From positions 29,571-93,570 of the forward strand of contig DASWHL010000050.1 in NCBI GenBank assembly GCA_036398175.1: a stretch of 64,000 nt of DNA, in the 5' to 3' direction. The translations under genes and the position numbers were made by a program. Under the pieces are notes generated by a model. That model ran no database searches. It had not been told where the DNA came from and saw only the letters and a program-made list of their open reading frames with translations. Source of the stretch: Gemmatimonadales bacterium. Its GTDB lineage: Bacteria > Gemmatimonadota > Gemmatimonadetes > Gemmatimonadales > GWC2-71-9. Shown one piece after another: positions 26,438 to 34,068 of this stretch (position 1 is the first letter of the stretch; each line of letters opens with the position of its first letter).

Positions 26438-27615
26438 GGTTCTCGAGCGCCCGGGCGGATCAGCTTCCCGCGTACGCCGTGCAGCGCATCGCCACGGCCA
26501 AGCGGCGTCTCCTCGGCGAAGGTCGCGACGTGATTGATCTGGGCGCGGGGGACGCCGACCTGCCGCCGCCCCCCGTGGCGGTGAGCAGCCTCGCCACCGC
26601 CGCGCGCGACCCCCGGAACAGCCGGTACGCGTTCCAGACGGGCCTCCTGGCGTTCCGCGAGTCCATCGCGGCGTACATGCAGCGGCGGTTCGCGATCGCC
26701 GTGGATCCGGTGACCGAGGTACTGCCGCTCATCGGGTCCAAGGACGGGCTCGCGCACCTGCCGCTCGCGCTGCTCGATCCCGGGGATCTCTGCATCATCC
26801 CCGAGCCCGGGTACACCCCGTACCTCGGCGGGACGATTCTCGCGGGCGCCGAGCCGCTGGTGTGCCCGTTGCGCGCCCAGAATGACTTCCTGCTGGATCT
26901 CGAGGGAATCCCCGACGGGCAGCTCAAGCGCGCCCGGCTCGTCATCCTCAATTACCCGAACAACCCGACGGCGGCCATCGCGCCGTGGGAGTACCTGGTC
27001 AAGGTCGTCGAGATCTGCCGCCGGCACGAGATCGTGCTCGCGTACGACAACCCCTACTGCGAGATCACGTTCGACGGGTATCGCGCTCCCTCCATCCTCG
27101 AGATTCCCGGCGCGCGGGACGTGGCCATCGAGTTCCACTCGCTGTCGAAGTCGTTCGGCATGACGGGCTGGCGGGTGGGATGGGCGGCCGGGCGTTCCGA
27201 GCTGATCGGCTCGCTCCTCAAGGTCAAGCAGTACGTGGATACCGGCCCGTTCCTCGCTATCCAGCACGCCGCCGCGGCCACGCTGGACGCGGCCGAGACG
27301 CTGTTGCCGCACATCCGGGACACGTTCCGGGAACGGCGCGACGCGGGGGTCGCCGCCCTCGCGCGCATCGGCATTACCGTGGAGCCTCCCAAGGCCACGA
27401 TGTACCTCTGGGTGCCGCTCACCAACGGCATGCCGTCGTGGACGTTTGCCGAGCGGCTCCTCGAGGAGGAGTACGTCGCGGTCCTGCCGGGCGCGTCGCT
27501 CGGGGCCGGAGGCGAGGGGTACATCCGGATCGCGCTGACCGTGAACGGCGCCCGGCTCGATGAGGCGGCCACCCGCATCGGCCGCTTCCTCCAGCGGCGA
27601 CAGGGCGGTTCGTGA
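26434..27615 (+). CDS. class I/II PLP-dependent aminotransferase (DapL/AspC-like)
   Basis: Start moved to ATG 26434 (ATGA overlap); NYPNNPT, SLSKSFGMTGWRVGW (PLP lysine). Confidence 0.85.
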   Translation: MRFSSARADQLPAYAVQRIATAKRRLLGEGRDVIDLGAGDADLPPPPVAVSSLATAARDPRNSRYAFQTGLLAFRESIAAYMQRRFAIAVDPVTEVLPLIGSKDGLAHLPLALLDPGDLCIIPEPGYTPYLGGTILAGAEPLVCPLRAQNDFLLDLEGIPDGQLKRARLVILNYPNNPTAAIAPWEYLVKVVEICRRHEIVLAYDNPYCEITFDGYRAPSILEIPGARDVAIEFHSLSKSFGMTGWRVGWAAGRSELIGSLLKVKQYVDTGPFLAIQHAAAATLDAAETLLPHIRDTFRERRDAGVAALARIGITVEPPKATMYLWVPLTNGMPSWTFAERLLEEEYVAVLPGASLGAGGEGYIRIALTVNGARLDEAATRIGRFLQRRQGGS

Positions 27616-28487
27616 TGCGCGACTGGCTGCCGCCCGAGCCGCCCCGCGCGCACCCCGGATGGGCGCTCGCGAGCGTGCTCGTGCACGTCGCCGTCGTTGC
27701 GGTCCTGGTGGTCCTCTCGGGCCGGGGCACCCGCGACACGGGCGTGTCCTGGATCGTGCTCGAGCCGGCGCCGGCGGGGCCCGTCGTGTCCTACGACATG
27801 GCGTACGTCGCGGGTGCGGGCGGCGGCGACGGAGCAACCGTCGGGACCGGGACCGGCCGGCCCCCCGCGCCCGCGCCGCCGCCCGGAACGGAGACTACGG
27901 GCCAGGGGCCGGGACTCGTGATCGTTGCCGACTCCACGGGGCCTCCCGTCCTTCCCGGTGCGGGCGCTCCAACCGGCGAGGGCCGCCGCCGGCTCGGAGC
28001 GGCGCTGGGTGACGGACGCGTCTGGGTCCGCCCGTGGGATGCCATCGCCGCCGCCATTGCCGGGATGGGGGACGACTCGGCCGATGCCGGAACGCATGTC
28101 GCCAGGATTGACAGCGCCATCACCGCGCGCATCATGGCGTTCCTCGACACGCTCCCGCCGGACTCGATGGCGATCGCGGTGCCGCAGCCGTGGGTGACGG
28201 AGATCGGCGGCCAGAAGTGGGGCATTGACGAGGGCTGGATCTACCTCGGCAACCTCAAGCTGCCGAGCGCCATCCTCGCGCTGCTCCCGCTGCCCCAGGG
28301 CAACTACGAGCAGGCGCAGAAGGCCGCGGCAATGCAGCGCATCCGGTTGGACATCCTCCAGGCCGCCCGCCGCGCCGAGAGCGCGGCGCAGTTCCGCAAG
28401 TACGTGGAGGAGACGCGCCAGCGACGAGACGCCGAGCGCGAGGCCCGCCGGAACCAGCGCATCAAACCGGATTCCATCAAAACGTAG
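27612..28487 (+). CDS. membrane-anchored hypothetical protein
   Basis: 291 aa; one TM (WALASVLVHVAVVAVLVVL), a Pro/Gly-rich linker and a basic helical tail. GTGA overlap with the previous gene. Confidence 0.55.
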   Translation: MMRDWLPPEPPRAHPGWALASVLVHVAVVAVLVVLSGRGTRDTGVSWIVLEPAPAGPVVSYDMAYVAGAGGGDGATVGTGTGRPPAPAPPPGTETTGQGPGLVIVADSTGPPVLPGAGAPTGEGRRRLGAALGDGRVWVRPWDAIAAAIAGMGDDSADAGTHVARIDSAITARIMAFLDTLPPDSMAIAVPQPWVTEIGGQKWGIDEGWIYLGNLKLPSAILALLPLPQGNYEQAQKAAAMQRIRLDILQAARRAESAAQFRKYVEETRQRRDAEREARRNQRIKPDSIKT

Positions 28488-28509
28488 GGGCGACCCGCCG
28501 GGTCGCCCC
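28487..28509. terminator. GC-rich hairpin between convergent genes
   Basis: GGGGCGACCC-GCC-GGGTCGCCCC, a 10-bp perfect stem. It starts in the stop codon of the upstream gene and ends 2 nt before the POT stop. Confidence 0.55.
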
Positions 28510-28511
28510 CG

Positions 28512-29978
28512 TTACCGCACCCCGCCCATCTGATTCCGGATGGGCTTGTAGAACACCACGAAGAACAACCCCGCGATGATCACGACCAACGCCACGCGCA
28601 TGAACAGGGTGGGCAGCGGCAGCGTTTCGAAGAACCCGGCCACGAGCCCGGCCACCAGGTTGCCCAGGGCCGCGCCCATGAACCACGTGCCCATCATCTG
28701 GCCCACGTAGCGCTGCGGCGAGAGCTTGGTGATGCTCGAGAGGCCCACCGGGCTCAGGGCCAGCTCGCCGCACGTGTGCAGGAAATAGGTCGAGATGAGC
28801 CAGGCCGGGCTCACCAGCTGTCCTTCGACCGTGTACGTCGCTCCCCACGCGATCACCAGGAAGCCCAGGCCAAGCAGGACGAGACCCATGCCGAACTTGA
28901 CCGGCAGGGGCGGCTCGAGCTGGCGGCTGTTCAGGAACACCCAGAGCCAGCCCGCCACCGGCGCGAGCGCGATGATGAAGAGCGGGTTGATGGACTGGAG
29001 CCAGCTTGCCGGCACTTCCCAGCCGACGACGTTGCGGTTGGTCAGGCGGTCGGCGAACAGGTTCATGGACGATCCCGCCTGCTCGAAACCGGCCCAGAAG
29101 AGTGCCGCCCCGATGAACAGCAGGAAGATCACGACCACGCGCTTCTTCTCGGCGACGTCGAGTCCGCCAAAGGCGAGCGTCGAGCCGAAGAAGATGATGG
29201 CGACTGCGAAGATGAGGACGCCCGTGGCCTGGGCCGCCTGTTCCAGCGTGAGGCCGATCATCCCGGCGCGGGTGGCGAACGCCAGAGCCGCGGCAATCGC
29301 GATCACGATGCCGACGCCCAGGAGGCCCTTGCGGACCGCCTCACTGCGCCGGGCGCGCGCTTCGTCGCGGTAGAGGCCGGCCTGTTGCAGGTGGCCGTAG
29401 CCCAGGCGGTACTGGATGAGTCCGAGCACCATCCCGATCCCGGCGGCCGCGAACCCGAAGTGCCAGTTGATGGTCTCGCCCAGGTACCCGCAGACGAGCG
29501 GAGCGACGAACGCGCCGACGTTGATCCCCATGTAGAAGATGGAGAACCCGGCATCACGCCGCGCGCCGCCTTCGGGATACAGCTCGCCGACGATCGCGCT
29601 CACGTTGGGCTTGAGCAGGCCGGTACCGAGCACGACGAGCACCAGGCCCAGGTAGAAGGTGACCAGCCCCGGCGTCGCCAGGCTGAAGTTGCCCGCGGCA
29701 ATGAGAATGCCGCCCAGGAACACCGCGTTACGTTGGCCGACCAGGCGGTCCGCCACCCAGCCGCCCGGGAGCCCCAGGAAATAGACGCCCGCCGTGTAAA
29801 GCCCGTAGATCGAGGCCGCGGTGGCTGCGGTCATGCCGAGGCCGCCCTCGGCGACCGCGGCCGTCATGAACAGAATCAGGAGGGCCCGACCGCCGTAATA
29901 GCTGAACCGCTCCCACATCTCCGTGAAGAAGAGGGTCGCGAGGCCGCGCGGATGGCCGAAGAACTGTTTCTCGCTCAT
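28512..29978 (-). CDS. proton-dependent oligopeptide transporter (POT/PTR2, DtpT-like)
   Basis: Start moved to ATG 29978; FFGHPRGLATLFFTEMWERFSYYGGRALLILFM (ExxERFxYYG). Confidence 0.9.
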   Translation of the reverse strand: MSEKQFFGHPRGLATLFFTEMWERFSYYGGRALLILFMTAAVAEGGLGMTAATAASIYGLYTAGVYFLGLPGGWVADRLVGQRNAVFLGGILIAAGNFSLATPGLVTFYLGLVLVVLGTGLLKPNVSAIVGELYPEGGARRDAGFSIFYMGINVGAFVAPLVCGYLGETINWHFGFAAAGIGMVLGLIQYRLGYGHLQQAGLYRDEARARRSEAVRKGLLGVGIVIAIAAALAFATRAGMIGLTLEQAAQATGVLIFAVAIIFFGSTLAFGGLDVAEKKRVVVIFLLFIGAALFWAGFEQAGSSMNLFADRLTNRNVVGWEVPASWLQSINPLFIIALAPVAGWLWVFLNSRQLEPPLPVKFGMGLVLLGLGFLVIAWGATYTVEGQLVSPAWLISTYFLHTCGELALSPVGLSSITKLSPQRYVGQMMGTWFMGAALGNLVAGLVAGFFETLPLPTLFMRVALVVIIAGLFFVVFYKPIRNQMGGVR

Positions 29979-30024
29979 CGGTGTCCTTTCATCGGACGAT
30001 CGGGGAAAGCGACGGCCCGGAATA

Positions 30025-31341
30025 TCATGGCTGGGGATGAGGAGCGGCAAGCCGGACCAGGCTCTCCTCGCGGCCCACGGCCCAGAGCAGCACGTTCACC
30101 GGCTCGGAGACCGTCTGGCCGGTGAGCGCGATGCGCACGGGTTGCATCACCTTGCCGGCGCCTACCCCGAGCGCCGCGGCGAGGTCCCGCAGCTCCGCCT
30201 CGAGACGGTCGGGCTCCCAGGCATCTGCGGCGATCGCGGCCAGGCGGTCGCGCACGGCGGTGAGCGCGACGCGGTATCCCTCCGGGTCCTTCGCTACGGC
30301 GGCCCGGGCCTTCTCGTCGTCGGTGGGCACCTGCCGGCGGTCCACCCGGACGCCCACCCGTTCCGCCAGCTCGAGCGTCGTGCGGCACCGGCCGCGGATG
30401 GCCTCCATGCTCCGGACCAGCCGTTCCTCCGCCACCGCGTCCGGGTCCACGCCCCGTGCCCGCAGCAGCGGCGCGATCAGCGTGCCCAGCTCGGGGAGCG
30501 GCATGTGACTCAGGTACTGGCCGTTCATCCACTCCAGCTTGGTCATGTCGAAGACGGCGCTCGTCTTCTGGACGCGCTCGATCGCGAACGCGGCCACCAG
30601 CTCGTCCATCGCGAAGAACAGCTCGCGATCGTCGCCCGGATTCCAGCCGAGCAGCGCCAGGAAGTTGCGCATGGCGGCGGGGAGGATGCCCATGGCCTCG
30701 TAGTCGCCGACCGCGGTGGCGCCGTGCCGCTTGGAGAGTTTCTTCCCGTCCTGCCCGTGCAGCATGGGCAGATGGGCGAACACGGGCGCCGGCACGCCGA
30801 ACGCGCGGTAGACCGCGATCTGTTTGGGCGTGTTGGAGACGTGGTCCTCGCCCCGCATGACGTGAGTGATGCGCATGTCAATGTCGTCGCACACCACGCT
30901 GAAGTTGTAGGTGGGCGTGCGGTCCGAGCGCAGGATCACCCAGTCCTGGATGTCGCGTCCCTGAAAGCGGATGCGCTCGTAGACGGCGTCGTCCCAGGCG
31001 ATCTCCGCGTCCGGCATCCGGAACCGCACGGCGCCATCGTCGAGGTAGGCCGTGCCGTCCGCCACCAGGCGATCGGCCAGCTCCCGGTGCCGGGCCAGGC
31101 GCGCGCCCTGGAACACGACCTCCTCATCCCAGTCGAGTCCGAGCCAGGTGAGCCCATCGAGGATCACCTGGGTGTGGGTCTCGGACGAGCGCTCGCGGTC
31201 GGTGTCCTCGATCCGCAGCAGGACGGTGCCGCCGAGCTTTCGGGCAAACAGCCAGTTGAACAGGGCTGTGCGGGCCCCGCCCACGTGCAGGTATCCGGTG
31301 GGTGAGGGCGCAAAGCGGACGCGGGGAGGCGAGGTGGTCAT
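30025..31341 (-). CDS. gltX: glutamate--tRNA ligase
   Basis: Start moved to ATG 31341; RVRFAPSPTGYLHVGGARTALFNWLFARK (HIGH-type), KLSKRHG (KMSKS). Confidence 0.93.
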   Translation of the reverse strand: MTTSPPRVRFAPSPTGYLHVGGARTALFNWLFARKLGGTVLLRIEDTDRERSSETHTQVILDGLTWLGLDWDEEVVFQGARLARHRELADRLVADGTAYLDDGAVRFRMPDAEIAWDDAVYERIRFQGRDIQDWVILRSDRTPTYNFSVVCDDIDMRITHVMRGEDHVSNTPKQIAVYRAFGVPAPVFAHLPMLHGQDGKKLSKRHGATAVGDYEAMGILPAAMRNFLALLGWNPGDDRELFFAMDELVAAFAIERVQKTSAVFDMTKLEWMNGQYLSHMPLPELGTLIAPLLRARGVDPDAVAEERLVRSMEAIRGRCRTTLELAERVGVRVDRRQVPTDDEKARAAVAKDPEGYRVALTAVRDRLAAIAADAWEPDRLEAELRDLAAALGVGAGKVMQPVRIALTGQTVSEPVNVLLWAVGREESLVRLAAPHPQP

Positions 31342-31385
31342 GGCGCCGTAACGGTCGCCGCCGGCCCGGACCGGGTCAACCCCGC

Positions 31386-31601
31386 TCATCGGAGCCGCAG
31401 GTCGGCGAGGAGCGGCGCGTGACCGGACCCGAGGTTCGGGCCGAACCGGGAGCGCACCTCGATCCAGACGTCGTCGGCCCAGAAACGCCCGCGGGCCAGG
31501 CGCACGCGATACGCGCGCCGGGCGCACCGCACGACGAGGTCGGTGGGGCGGGGTGCGCTCCAGAAGTGGGAGAACGACGCGACAAGACGGGGGGAGAACA
31601 C
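31386..31601 (-). pseudogene. possible C-terminal remnant of an endonuclease/exonuclease/phosphatase (EEP) family gene
   Basis: 71-aa ORF with strongly GC-rich third codon positions. It ends ...GSGHAPLLADLRLR, resembling the EEP terminal SDHxPxxxxL motif. Its 5' end abuts or overlaps the tRNA-Ser 3' end, so no room remains for the N-terminal roughly 180 aa. Confidence 0.35.
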
Positions 31602-31691
31602 GGAGAGGGGGGGATTCGAACCCCCGATAGAGTTTTTAGACCCTATAACGGTTTAGCAAACCGCCGCCTTCAGCCACTCGGCCACCTCTCC
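31601..31691 (-). tRNA. tRNA-Ser (anticodon GCU)
   Basis: GGAGAGGUGGCCGAGUGGCUGAAGGC..., anticodon loop UUGCUAA, long variable arm, T arm GGGGG-UUCGAAU-CCCCC, acceptor GGAGAGG/CCUCUCC, discriminator G. Confidence 0.9.
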
Positions 31692-31700
31692 ATACAGACA

Positions 31701-31732
31701 GACGGCGAGACGGCCAGACGGCGAGACGGCCA
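31701..31732. repeat. 16-mer tandem GACGGCGAGACGGCCA x2 (subfamily 1b)
   Basis: Exact copies at 31701-31716 and 31717-31732, 9 nt upstream of the tRNA-Ser 5' end. Same word as the arms at 1447/1527. Confidence 0.9.
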
Positions 31733-31812
31733 GAATCCACGGTCTGCTGCGGGCCGTAATGTCACCCCTCCCGGGGGATAAGACAACCCGGGAGGGGAAG
31801 GGTGAGGGATGG

Positions 31813-32505
31813 TTACGGCGATGTGCTCAGCAGCTCCGGGAACCGCGCCGCCACGCCCTTCTTGCCGTCGCCGGAGATGGGCTTCTCGCCGAGGTAGACG
31901 TCGAACAGCGCCCAGCAGAGCGCGGGCGACGCGAGCGCGGCGTTGGGTGTCCCCTTCACCGACGAGGACAGCGTGCCGTCCGGCGTGCACGTGAACAGCA
32001 GCTCCGAGTCCTTGGTCATCTCGCCGACGCTGAAGAAGCCGCGGAAGGTCTCCAGGGCCTCCTCCCCACCCGGCATGTTCTTTTCGGCCGCGGCCTGGAT
32101 CACCCGCGGGCGCAGCGCGCCGTCGAACGCCTCGGCCATGTCGTCGCCGCCCACGTCGCGGGTCATCACCAGCCGCAGCGTCATCGGGAACTGCATCTGG
32201 AGCAGTGCCTGGTAGAACGTCTTGTCCTTCTCCAGGGTCTTGGCGTCCTTGCCGGCAAAGCTCGCGAGCGCCGCGGCGGCGCCCGCCCCGTCCACGTACA
32301 GGCCGAAGGCGTACACCTTCACTTTGAGAAACGTCTTGGTGCGGATGCCGGTCCCGGTGAGCGCGTGCTCGTCGCCGGACGGCGCGGTGAGTTTGACCGG
32401 AAATGCCACGCCACTGTTGGGCTCGGTGACGGTCTGCGCGGCGAGGGGAAGGGCATAGGCGAGAGCGGTGAGGGTCAGCACGAATGGAAACGGGCGTCGG
32501 GTCAT
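31813..32505 (-). CDS. chalcone isomerase-like family protein, secreted
   Basis: 230 aa; signal peptide; GIRTKTFLKVKVYAFGLYVD...ALLQMQFPMTLRLVMTRDV, typical of the CHI-like / fatty-acid-binding fold. Confidence 0.65.
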   Translation of the reverse strand: MTRRPFPFVLTLTALAYALPLAAQTVTEPNSGVAFPVKLTAPSGDEHALTGTGIRTKTFLKVKVYAFGLYVDGAGAAAALASFAGKDAKTLEKDKTFYQALLQMQFPMTLRLVMTRDVGGDDMAEAFDGALRPRVIQAAAEKNMPGGEEALETFRGFFSVGEMTKDSELLFTCTPDGTLSSSVKGTPNAALASPALCWALFDVYLGEKPISGDGKKGVAARFPELLSTSP

Positions 32506-32559
32506 CGGGTTCCTCCCCCGACAGGGTAGTGACGCGGTACGGCGGTCAGGCAGGAGAAG

Positions 32560-33285
32560 CTAACGGCCGTCCCCGGCGCGTCCAGAGCGGTCGGTGCCTG
32601 CCGACCCGCGCGCGGCGGCCGGCGCGCGCTTGCCCCGGAGCAGGAGGCCGCCCGCGCCGGTGTGCTCCCGCACGTGGGCCACCACGTCCAGCCCGATCTT
32701 CAGCACCACGAGCAGCGCAAGCGGGGCCGCGGGCGCGCCCATGGACGCGATCGCGAAGCCGCCGAAGATGATGACCACGTGCAGGACCACCACGCGGCCG
32801 TACGGCTGCGCCATGAGATCGTCGAGGGTCGCCGATCGGAACTCGCCGGCGCCGAGGTAGTTGACCGCGAACGACACGCCATGACTCGCGGCCAGCGCGA
32901 GCGCGGCCGCCCCGACGTGGCTCTGTCGGAGCCCCTCCGCGATCGAGCCCACCGACCCCCCGCCGAACAGTGCGAACACGAAGATGCCGTGCACCAGGGT
33001 GAACATGCCGTAGTGCGCGGCAAAGAACGGCATGATGGCGAGCTTGCCCCCCTGGGACGATCCCCCCTGCGCCATCCACATCCGGGCCAGATTGAACACC
33101 CCGACGATGACGTTCTCGAGCCAGAAGAGCAGCACCACCGAGAAGACGGTCCACCGGAAGAAGGCCACGCCCAGCAGCGGCCAGAGGTTGGCCAGGGTCA
33201 GGGCCAGGAGCGACGGCCAGAGGTCCCTGGCCGCGCGCCGCGGTGTCACCCCGGCGGGCGCGACTGGGAGGGGCGGGGAGGCCAT
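32560..33285 (-). CDS. polytopic membrane protein (DUF6498-like, tentative)
   Basis: Start moved to ATG 33285; LLFWLENVIVGVFNLARM, PFFAAHYGMFTLVHGIFVF. The upstream part of the 371-aa track ORF is R/P-rich noise. Confidence 0.6.
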   Translation of the reverse strand: MASPPLPVAPAGVTPRRAARDLWPSLLALTLANLWPLLGVAFFRWTVFSVVLLFWLENVIVGVFNLARMWMAQGGSSQGGKLAIMPFFAAHYGMFTLVHGIFVFALFGGGSVGSIAEGLRQSHVGAAALALAASHGVSFAVNYLGAGEFRSATLDDLMAQPYGRVVVLHVVIIFGGFAIASMGAPAAPLALLVVLKIGLDVVAHVREHTGAGGLLLRGKRAPAAARGSAGTDRSGRAGDGR

Positions 33286-33439
33286 GGGGGAAGGATGAGG
33301 CGCTCCGGCGAGGCGCGCCAGCCCGGCCCGCGCGGCCCCACCCGCAACGTTTCGGGGCGCCAAACTGTAGTAGGTAGCGTACCCGAGCCGCGTGTCGCGG
33401 CGTACACGGTCGGACCACCAACCCCGAGGGCTCATCCCC

Positions 33440-33925
33440 ATGCGACGGATCCCGCTGTTCCTTGCCCTTGCCGCCATCGTCCCGGCGGCGGGCGTCACGG
33501 CCCAGGACCACCCGGATTTCTCCGGCACCTGGAAGATCAACCTGATCAAGAGTGACGCGCCTCCGGGTCGCGGCGGCCAGCAGATGGACATGAGCCGGCT
33601 CACGCTGACGATCACGCAGACGGCGGAGGCGCTGACCATCGTACAGACGGGCATGGGACCGGAGCGGAGCCTCACCTACTATCTCGATGGGCGGGAGAGC
33701 ACCAACACCGCCCAACGTGGCGAGATGAAATCCACGTCGCGGTGGGACGGTGACAAGCTCGTCACCGACGGGTCGGCGACGATGGAGACGCCCAACGGTC
33801 CCCGGACGATCACGACCTCGGAAGTGCGGTCGCTGAGCAAGGACGGCAAGACCATGACCGTGAGCACGACCACCGAGTCGCCCATGGGCACGCGGACCCG
33901 GAAGACGGTGTTCGAGCGGCAGTAG
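33440..33925 (+). CDS. secreted hypothetical protein
   Basis: ATG 33440; signal MRRIPLFLALAAIVPAAGVTAQ; beta-rich, small (161 aa). Confidence 0.6.
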   Translation: MRRIPLFLALAAIVPAAGVTAQDHPDFSGTWKINLIKSDAPPGRGGQQMDMSRLTLTITQTAEALTIVQTGMGPERSLTYYLDGRESTNTAQRGEMKSTSRWDGDKLVTDGSATMETPNGPRTITTSEVRSLSKDGKTMTVSTTTESPMGTRTRKTVFERQ

Positions 33926-33982
33926 GGCGGCGCGTTCGGAGGGCGATGGCGGGGTGGTCCGGTGGGCCGCCCCGCTTGTTGC

Positions 33983-34010
33983 GTGCAGGGTGCAGCGTGC
34001 AGGGTGCAGC
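33983..34010. repeat. heptamer array GTGCAG(G/C) x4
   Basis: GTGCAGG GTGCAGC GTGCAGG GTGCAGC, 58 nt upstream of the gatE ATG. Confidence 0.9.
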
Positions 34011-34068
34011 GAGCCTCGGCGTCGCCAAATGCCAAAACCCCAGGCCCGTCACTACATTTCCCACCGCC

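Noticed and set aside
31376-31585. Alternative 69-aa minus-strand ORF overlapping the putative EEP remnant in another frame.
   Set aside because: The translation is Pro/Ser/Gly-rich with no motif. The 31386-31601 frame has the better codon bias and a recognisable terminal motif. Neither is certain.
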